In this document: positions 7,744 through 13,188 of the stretch, in pieces
Numbering within the stretch: the stretch's first letter is position 1
Layout of the letters: each line of letters starts with the position of its first letter
IMG/VR virus record: IMGVR_UViG_2617270976_000003
Coordinates: 1 to 13,188 of that record
Direction: 5' to 3' (one strand)
Length of the DNA: 13,188 nt
Source of the DNA: a virus
Lineage: Duplodnaviria > Heunggongvirae > Uroviricota > Caudoviricetes
Made by a program: the position numbers and the translations under genes
Notes under the pieces: model-generated
Databases searched by the model: none
What the model saw: only the letters and a program-made list of their open reading frames with translations
What the model was told of the DNA's origin: nothing

Positions 7744-8239
7744 ACGCTGCCTTGTCGGGGCCGTGCTGGCTATTGCTGCCACGCTGCCGGGGTTTCAGCA
7801 GCTTCACACCTCCGTGGAGGGGCTGAAACTGATTGCCGATTACGAAGGTTGTCGTCTGCAGCCGTATCAGTGCAGCGCGGGTGTCTGGACCGACGGCATT
7901 GGAAATACGTCGGGCGTCATTCCCGGCAAAACAATCACGGAACGACAGGCAGCAGAAGGGCTTATTTCCAACGTGCTGCGTGTGGAGCGGGCGCTGGAAA
8001 GGTGTGTGAAGCAACAGCCGCCGCAGAAGGTATATGACGCTACGGTGTCGTTTGCCTTCAACGTGGGAACGGGCAATGCCTGCAGTTCTACGCTGGTGAA
8101 ATTGCTCAATCAGCGGCGCTGGGCAGAAGCGTGCCGACAGTTGCCGCGCTGGGTTTATGTGAAAGGTGTGTTTAATCAGGGGCTGGATAACCGCCGTGCG
8201 CGGGAGATGGCCTGGTGCCTTAAAGGAGCTGGATTATGA
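7724..8239 (+). CDS. SAR (signal-anchor-release) endolysin, T4-lysozyme fold, P1 Lyz-like
   Basis: 171 aa. N-terminal Gly/Ala-rich weakly hydrophobic segment with a Cys (KRCLVGAVLAIAATLPG) followed by EGLKLIADYEGCRLQPYQCSAGVWTDGIGNT, which closely matches the P1 Lyz catalytic region as I recall it, including the Cys pair. GGAGG RBS. Confidence 0.88.
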   Translation: MNPSIVKRCLVGAVLAIAATLPGFQQLHTSVEGLKLIADYEGCRLQPYQCSAGVWTDGIGNTSGVIPGKTITERQAAEGLISNVLRVERALERCVKQQPPQKVYDATVSFAFNVGTGNACSSTLVKLLNQRRWAEACRQLPRWVYVKGVFNQGLDNRRAREMAWCLKGAGL

Positions 8240-8664
8240 CGCGTGCGCTGGCGGTAGTGGCGGCGCTGGCACTCGTTGCGCTGGGCTGGCAGTCGTGGCG
8301 GCTTAACAGCGCCAGCCACACCATCGAAACGCAGCGCACGGCGCTGAAAAGTAAAGCGCACGAACTAACGAAGAAAAATAGCCAGCTGATCAGTCTGTCC
8401 ATTCTGGCTGAAACCAATAACCGGGAGCAGGCGCGGCTCTATGCCGAAGCAGAACAAACCAGCGCGCTGCTGAGACAACGACAACACCGGATCGAGGAAC
8501 TGAAACGTGAGAACGAGGATTTACGCCGCTGGGCTGATACTCCTTTGCCTGCTGACATTATCCGGCTGCGGGAACGTCCGGCACTCACCGGAGGTGCAGC
8601 TTACCGTCAGTGGTTGTCCGCGAGTGACGCCGTGTCGGCTGGAGCAGGCAGCGCCGCGCACTAA
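8236..8664 (+). CDS. lysB: Inner-membrane spanin (i-spanin), LysB/Rz-like
   Basis: 142 aa, N-terminal TMD (LAVVAALALVALGW) then coiled-coil-like charged region; AAAGGAG RBS; contains the embedded lysC start in another frame. Confidence 0.85.
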   Translation: MTRALAVVAALALVALGWQSWRLNSASHTIETQRTALKSKAHELTKKNSQLISLSILAETNNREQARLYAEAEQTSALLRQRQHRIEELKRENEDLRRWADTPLPADIIRLRERPALTGGAAYRQWLSASDAVSAGAGSAAH

Positions 8665-8797
8665 CGGTGATCTGAACGCATTGCTGGATGAAACGGAGGC
8701 CGCCTGGGCGGTCTGTGCAGACAAAGTGGACATGATTATTGCGTGTCAGGAGCGAAACAGTGAACAAACCACAATCCCTGCGCCACGCCCTCAATAA
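8507..8797 (+). CDS. lysC: Outer-membrane lipoprotein spanin (o-spanin), LysC/Rz1-like
   Basis: GTG-initiated 96-aa ORF in the +1 frame overlapping the lysB 3' end; signal peptide with lipobox LTLSGC. Start codon choice is tentative. Confidence 0.75.
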   Translation: MRTRIYAAGLILLCLLTLSGCGNVRHSPEVQLTVSGCPRVTPCRLEQAAPRTNGDLNALLDETEAAWAVCADKVDMIIACQERNSEQTTIPAPRPQ

Positions 8798-9191
8798 AGC
8801 AGTGCCTTATGTCCGCAATAACCCGGATAAGCTGCATCTGTTTGTGGATAACGGTTCGCTGGTTGCCACGGGGGCCAGCTCCATGTCATGGGAGTACCGT
8901 TATACCCTCAACGTGGTGATTGAGGATTTCAGCGGCGACCAGAATCTGCTGATGGCCCCGGTTTTGCTGTGGCTGCGTGATAACCAGCCCGATGCCATCA
9001 ATAATCCGGCGTTACGGGAAAAGTTATTCACCTTTGAGGTGGATATTCTGCGCAACGATGTCTGTGATATCAGCCTCAACCTGCAACTGACGGAACGTGT
9101 GCTGGTCAGCACTGACGGAAGTGTGTCGAGCGTTGAAGCAGTAGCGGAACCCGATGAACCTGAAGAAATGTGGACGGTGAAACGTGGCTGA
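8760..9191 (+). CDS. R: Tail completion protein, P2 gpR-like
   Basis: Start placed at GTG 8760 (AGGAG 8 nt upstream); the ORF-track TTG at 8739 adds 7 non-homologous residues. FVDNGS, RYTLNVV, LLWLR.NQPD and LTER.LVS resemble gpR. Confidence 0.85.
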   Translation: MNKPQSLRHALNKAVPYVRNNPDKLHLFVDNGSLVATGASSMSWEYRYTLNVVIEDFSGDQNLLMAPVLLWLRDNQPDAINNPALREKLFTFEVDILRNDVCDISLNLQLTERVLVSTDGSVSSVEAVAEPDEPEEMWTVKRG

Positions 9192-9636
9192 ACTGCAGAA
9201 GGTGGACGACTGGCTGAGTGCTTTGCTGGCGAATCTGGAACCAGCCGCAAGAAGCCGAATGATGCGCCAGCTGGCGCAGGAACTGCGCCGGACACAGCAG
9301 CAGAATATCAGGATGCAGCGCAATCCAGATGGCAGCAGTTATGAGCCGCGCAGGGTAACAGCACGCAGCAAGAAGGGGCGCATCAAACGTCAGATGTTTG
9401 CAAAGCTGCGCACCACAAAATACCTGAGAACTGCCGCCAGCGCGGATTCTGCCAGCGTACAGTTTGAAGGTAAGGTACAGCGTATTGCCCGTGTTCATCA
9501 CTACGGTCTGCGCGATCGCGTCAGTCCAAAGGGGGGAGTCATTAAGTATCCATCCCGAAAATTGCTGGGTTTAAATGAACATACTGAAAATGAAGTAAGA
9601 GATTTACTTTTAAAGTATTTATTGATGAAAAATTAG
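9184..9636 (+). CDS. S: Tail completion protein, P2 gpS-like
   Basis: GTG start overlapping the R stop; 150 aa, as P2 gpS; DWLS.L..NLEP and ARVHH.GLRDRV resemble gpS. The last ~30 codons are encoded by markedly AT-rich DNA (see findings). Confidence 0.88.
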   Translation: MAELQKVDDWLSALLANLEPAARSRMMRQLAQELRRTQQQNIRMQRNPDGSSYEPRRVTARSKKGRIKRQMFAKLRTTKYLRTAASADSASVQFEGKVQRIARVHHYGLRDRVSPKGGVIKYPSRKLLGLNEHTENEVRDLLLKYLLMKN

Positions 9637-9641
9637 AATGT

Positions 9642-10172
9642 TTACGCTCTTAATAAACTTAAATAACTTTTTATGCTTTGGCAAAAAGGGAAAAGGTCTA
9701 TTTTAATTTTCCAGTTTTTTTTGTTTTGAACCCCAGAAGCAATAATAGAACCGTCCCAATATTTTATTCCATTTTTGCCGGTCTTTTTTGTTAACTCAAA
9801 ACTTAATGCGTGAATAATTTTATTGCAGCATTCGCGTATAGAATCTTTAACATGACCATCTATAACAAAAAGTATATTTTCATGTTCTTCAAATGCTTCT
9901 TTCTCAGGTGAGTAATCTGGGTTCCACTCATGTTCACTAGTGTCTTGGAGAATTCGTAGTTTTGTACAAAGGCTAATAAGATTGTTGCTAATGGTATATT
10001 CCAACCATCCGTTGTACGATAACTCCTCCATTTCAAATTCAGTTACTATAGAACCATCATATACTTTCTGTGTGGAATATATACGCTGTAAATAAAATTC
10101 AGATGAACAGCATAATTGCTCAATTATTCTTGCGTGTTCTTCTATAGCGTAATAATCAATTGGATGGCTCAT
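9642..10172 (-). CDS. Hypothetical protein of unknown function in a very AT-rich island; candidate defence or accessory cargo
   Basis: 176 aa from the ATG at 10172-10170 (MSHPIDYY...), with an AAAGG RBS about 7 nt upstream. The ORF-track start at 10211 has no RBS and overlaps the dyad element at 10204-10221. Stop is 5 bp from the S stop (convergent). No homologue recognised; contains RECCNKIIH (R113, N117, H121; nt 9810-9836). Confidence 0.75.
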   Translation of the reverse strand: MSHPIDYYAIEEHARIIEQLCCSSEFYLQRIYSTQKVYDGSIVTEFEMEELSYNGWLEYTISNNLISLCTKLRILQDTSEHEWNPDYSPEKEAFEEHENILFVIDGHVKDSIRECCNKIIHALSFELTKKTGKNGIKYWDGSIIASGVQNKKNWKIKIDLFPFCQSIKSYLSLLRA

Positions 10173-10203
10173 TCTTTTACCTTTCTTTGATTGGAATTGT
10201 ATT

Positions 10204-10221
10204 TGTGTCATTTACCACACA
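10204..10221. promoter_or_regulatory. Candidate late-promoter activator site (TGTGT-N8-ACACA inverted repeat, fits TGT-N12-ACA) between the cargo gene and V
   Basis: tgtgtcatttaccacaca is a perfect 5-bp inverted repeat and fits the P2-family late-promoter dyad. Caveat: its centre is only ~55 bp upstream of the V start codon, which leaves no room for a leader if the -55 rule holds, so spacing is atypical. Confidence 0.35.
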
Positions 10222-10267
10222 AGGACGTATTGATGCCATAGATTCAAGGTCCGTGCAACCTAACCCT

Positions 10268-10846
10268 ATGAACGCACAACTAACCGAAATCATGCGCCTT
10301 ATCACCAACCTGATCCGCACTGGTGTAGTCACCGAAGTGGACCGGGAAAACTGGCTTTGCCGGGTGAAAACGGGCGAGCTTGAAACCAACTGGATCAGCT
10401 GGCTGACGCTGCGTGCCGGGAATGCCCGCACATGGTGGCGACCATCGGAAGGTGAGCAGGTGGTGCTGCTGAGTCTGGGCGGCAATCTGGAAACTGCCTT
10501 TGCGCTGCCCGCTGTCTATTCGAATCAGTTCGCACCACCGTCGACGTCGGCAGACGCCTGCGTGACAGAACATCCTGACGGCGGCTGGTTTGAATACGAA
10601 CCCACTACCGGGCGCTGGTATGTCAGGGGCATCAAATCAATGGTCATTGAGGCCGCTGACAACATCACCATGAAAACCAGTGAGTTTGTACTGGAGGCTG
10701 ACCGCACGCGCATTAACAGCGAAGTGGTGATCAATGGTGGCGTTACCCAGGGCGGCGGAGCGATGAGTTCTAACGGGATCGTGGTTGATGCGCATCAGCA
10801 TACTGACGTCCTGAAAGGCGGCGACACAACCGGAGGCCCGGTATGA
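10268..10846 (+). CDS. V: Baseplate central spike protein, P2 gpV-like
   Basis: Start set at the ATG at 10268 (MNAQLTEIMRLITNLIRTG), which aligns with the gpV N-terminus as recalled; the ORF-track start at 10160 lies inside the reverse cargo gene and is rejected. RAG..RTWW.PS.GEQV....GG.L.TAF.LP.YS matches gpV. Confidence 0.88.
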   Translation: MNAQLTEIMRLITNLIRTGVVTEVDRENWLCRVKTGELETNWISWLTLRAGNARTWWRPSEGEQVVLLSLGGNLETAFALPAVYSNQFAPPSTSADACVTEHPDGGWFEYEPTTGRWYVRGIKSMVIEAADNITMKTSEFVLEADRTRINSEVVINGGVTQGGGAMSSNGIVVDAHQHTDVLKGGDTTGGPV

Positions 10847-11202
10847 CGCTTTATAGCGGGATGAACAATACCAGCGGTAAAGCCATTACTGATATTGATC
10901 ATCTGCGCCAGTCGGTGCGGGACATTTTGCTGACGCCGCAGGGTAGCCGCATTGCCCGTCGGGAATATGGTTCCCTGCTGTCGGCACTGATAGACCAGCC
11001 ACAAAATCCGGCATTACGCCTGCAGGTCATGTCGGCAGTGTATGTGGCGCTGAGTCGCTGGGAGCCACGGCTGACGCTGGATTCCATCACCATTAACAGC
11101 AATTTTGACGGTTCAATGGTGGTGGAGCTGACCGGGCGGCGTAATAACGGTGTGCCTGTTTCCCTTTCCGTATCAACAGGAGCAGAGAATGGCAGTGATT
11201 GA
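10843..11202 (+). CDS. W: Baseplate wedge protein (gp25/lysozyme-like fold), P2 gpW-like
   Basis: 119 aa; ATGA overlap with V; GGAGG RBS; REYGSLL and DQPQ.PAL resemble gpW. Confidence 0.88.
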   Translation: MTLYSGMNNTSGKAITDIDHLRQSVRDILLTPQGSRIARREYGSLLSALIDQPQNPALRLQVMSAVYVALSRWEPRLTLDSITINSNFDGSMVVELTGRRNNGVPVSLSVSTGAENGSD

Positions 11203-12097
11203 CCTTTCGCAGTTGCCTGCGCCGCAGATTGTGGATGTGCCGGACTTTGAGACGCTGCTTGCCGAACGCAAGGCAGAATTTGTGGCGCTTCATCCGAAAG
11301 ATGAGCAGGAAGCAGTGATCCGCACGCTGGAACTGGAATCTGAACCCGTCACCAAATTGTTGCAGGAGAATGCTTACCGTGAGTTGCTTCTGCGCCAGCG
11401 CATTAACGAAGCTGCGCAGGCGGTGATGGTGGCTTATGCCATAGGGGGCGATCTGGACCAGCTCGCCGCCAACTACAACGTGAAACGCCTGACGGTGACG
11501 CCTGCTGATAATGACGCTGTGCCGCCCGTTGCAGCTGTGATGGAAAGCGATGAAGCGTTACGCCTGCGTGTGCCTGCAGCCTTTGAAGGGCTTTCAGTTG
11601 CGGGGCCAACTGCAGCTTATGAATTTCATGCCCGAAGCGCCGACGGTCGGGTGGCGGATGCCAGTGCAACCAGCCCGGCACCTGCAGAGGTGGTGCTGAC
11701 TGTCCTTAGCCGCGAAGGCGATGGAACTGCAGAAAAAGACCTGCTGGACGTGGTGGAAAAAGCTCTGAACAGTGAGAACGTCCGCCCGGTGGCTGACCGT
11801 CTTACGGTTCGCAGCGCAGAAATCATCCCGTATCGCGTGGAAGCCACCATTTTTCTCTATCCGGGACCGGAAGCAGAGCCGGTAATGGCAGCGGCAAAAG
11901 CCAGTCTGCAGAAGTACATTGCCAGCCAGACGAGGCTTGGTCGGGATATTCGCCGTAGCGCCATCTTTGCTGCTCTGCATGTTGAGGGTGTTCAACGTGT
12001 GGAACTGGCTTCTCCGCTGGCGGATGTGGTCCTGAACAAAACACAGGCGGCATCATGTACGCAGTGGAGCGTAACCAACGGAGGAACGGATGAATAG
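11189..12097 (+). CDS. J: Baseplate assembly protein, P2 gpJ-like
   Basis: ATG at 11189 with AGGAG RBS gives 302 aa, the length of P2 gpJ; the ORF-track start at 11150 is an upstream extension. Confidence 0.88.
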   Translation: MAVIDLSQLPAPQIVDVPDFETLLAERKAEFVALHPKDEQEAVIRTLELESEPVTKLLQENAYRELLLRQRINEAAQAVMVAYAIGGDLDQLAANYNVKRLTVTPADNDAVPPVAAVMESDEALRLRVPAAFEGLSVAGPTAAYEFHARSADGRVADASATSPAPAEVVLTVLSREGDGTAEKDLLDVVEKALNSENVRPVADRLTVRSAEIIPYRVEATIFLYPGPEAEPVMAAAKASLQKYIASQTRLGRDIRRSAIFAALHVEGVQRVELASPLADVVLNKTQAASCTQWSVTNGGTDE

Positions 12098-12695
12098 TCT
12101 GCTGCCACCGGGTTCAACTTCACTGGAGCGCCGACTGGCGCAAACCTGTAGCGGGATTTCTGATCTGCAGGTGCCGCTGCGTGACTTGTGGAATCCGGCT
12201 ACCTGTCCGGTCAGCTTCCTGCCTTATCTCGCCTGGGCGTTCTCTGTGGATCGCTGGGACGAGGGCTGGACAGAAAGCGTCAAACGCCAGGTAGTGAAGG
12301 ATGCTTTTTATATTCATCAGCATAAAGGAACTACCAGTGCCGTGCGGCGGGTGGTGGAACCGTTCGGATTCCTGATCCGCATTATTGAGTGGTGGCAGAC
12401 CGGAGAAACACCGGGCACGTTTCGCCTGGATATCGGCGTGCAGGACCAGGGCATCACTGAAGATACCTATCTGGAACTTGAGCGGCTGATAAGCGATGCC
12501 AAACCATGTAGCCGTCACATGATCGGCATGTCCATCAATCTGCAGACCAGCGGTCCGCATTGGGTGGGGGCCGCCAGCTATCTTGGCGAAGAAATCACGA
12601 TCTATCCGTATATCAACGAAACAATTATTTCCGGCGGCACCGCGCATGAAGGCGGGGCGGTCCATGTTATTGACACAATGAGAGTGAATCCATGA
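12090..12695 (+). CDS. I: Baseplate/tail protein, P2 gpI-like
   Basis: 201 aa; overlaps J end; LWNP.TCP, LPYLAWAFSVDRWDE.W, HKGT, RRVVEP.G, PGTFRLDIGV and DAKP.SRH match gpI; somewhat longer than P2 gpI (~176 aa). Confidence 0.88.
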   Translation: MNSLLPPGSTSLERRLAQTCSGISDLQVPLRDLWNPATCPVSFLPYLAWAFSVDRWDEGWTESVKRQVVKDAFYIHQHKGTTSAVRRVVEPFGFLIRIIEWWQTGETPGTFRLDIGVQDQGITEDTYLELERLISDAKPCSRHMIGMSINLQTSGPHWVGAASYLGEEITIYPYINETIISGGTAHEGGAVHVIDTMRVNP

Positions 12696-13188
12696 GCACA
12701 AAATTTTATACCCTGCTGACGGATATTGGCGCGGCGAAACTTGCCAGCGCCGCCGCGCTCGGTGTGCCGCTAAAAATTACTCATATGGCGGTGGGCGATG
12801 GCGGCGGAACATTGCCAACGCCGGACGCCAAGCAGACAGCATTGGTAAATGAGAAACGCCGGGCTGCGCTGAATATGCTCTATATCGACCCGCAGAACAG
12901 CAGCCAGATTATTGCTGAACAGGTGATCCCTGAAAACGAGGGCGGTTGGTGGATACGTGAAGTGGGCCTGTTTGATGAGTCCGGGGCATTGATTGCCGTG
13001 GGCAACTGCCCGGAAAGCTATAAGCCGCAACTGGCTGAAGGCAGCGGGCGTACCCAGACCGTGCGCATGGTGCTGATTACCAGCAGCACGGACAATATCA
13101 CCCTGAAAATCGACCCTGCCGTAGTGCTGGCAACCCGCAAGTATGTGGATGACAAGGTACTGGAGCTGAAGGTGTACGTGGATGATCA
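12692..13188 (+). CDS. H: Tail fibre protein, N-terminal part (P2 gpH-like); 3' end beyond window
   Basis: ATG at 12692 opens a frame with no stop to the window end, so it is absent from the ORF track. Translation MSTKFYTLLTDIGAAKLA...MAVGDGGG...AESYKP.LAEGSGR.QT.RMV matches the conserved gpH N-terminal baseplate-attachment domain. Confidence 0.85.
   Translation, partial: MSTKFYTLLTDIGAAKLASAAALGVPLKITHMAVGDGGGTLPTPDAKQTALVNEKRRAALNMLYIDPQNSSQIIAEQVIPENEGGWWIREVGLFDESGALIAVGNCPESYKPQLAEGSGRTQTVRMVLITSSTDNITLKIDPAVVLATRKYVDDKVLELKVYVDD

Noticed and set aside
7849-8109. Small ORFs overlapping the endolysin on both strands (7849-8037 plus, 7867-8109 minus, 7733-8014 minus)
   Set aside because: Embedded within a confidently identified lysozyme gene, no RBS, low-complexity translations.
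10173-10211. Longer form of the reverse cargo gene starting at 10211
   Set aside because: No Shine-Dalgarno sequence upstream and the start would sit inside the TGTGT-N8-ACACA dyad; the internal ATG at 10172 has a good RBS. Not excluded, only less likely.
10160-10267. Upstream extension of V to an ATG at 10160
   Set aside because: Would overlap the reverse-strand cargo gene start and the candidate promoter dyad, and adds residues unrelated to the gpV N-terminus; the ATG at 10268 aligns with gpV.
1-13188. CRISPR arrays, tRNA or other structured RNA genes, integrase or attachment sites
   Set aside because: No regularly spaced direct repeats, no tRNA-like cloverleaf candidates and no integrase-like ORF noticed on reading; coding density of the phage module leaves little room. 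The integration junction is presumably outside this window.

Overview
This window reads as the late (head, lysis, tail) region of a P2-like temperate phage or prophage in an enterobacterial host, bounded on the left by the right-hand ~555 bp of an IS1 element. All protein identifications are from recalled similarity to P2, P1 and IS1 proteins plus synteny; no search was run. Gene order: IS1 (insA 3' end, insB) | AT-rich cargo gene 561-1247 (zinc ribbon plus C-terminal GN..AH motif) | portal Q and large terminase P (minus strand) | divergent late-promoter region | scaffold O, major capsid N, small terminase M, head completion L, tail protein X | two-TMD holin, SAR-type lysozyme, overlapping spanins LysB/LysC | tail completion R and S | a second, very AT-rich island with one reverse-strand gene of unknown function (9642-10172) | baseplate V, W, J, I and the 5' part of tail fibre H. 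The most interesting content is the two low-GC single-gene islands that interrupt an otherwise GC-rich, tightly packed structural operon. Each is convergent on a flanking phage gene with 5-8 bp between stop codons, and both proteins share a [R/K]-x3-N-x3-H signature that may mark HEPN-like nuclease effectors. I regard them as candidate phage-borne defence or superinfection-exclusion cargo; the S-V island gene is the best candidate for something undescribed. GC statements are by-eye estimates, not computed.
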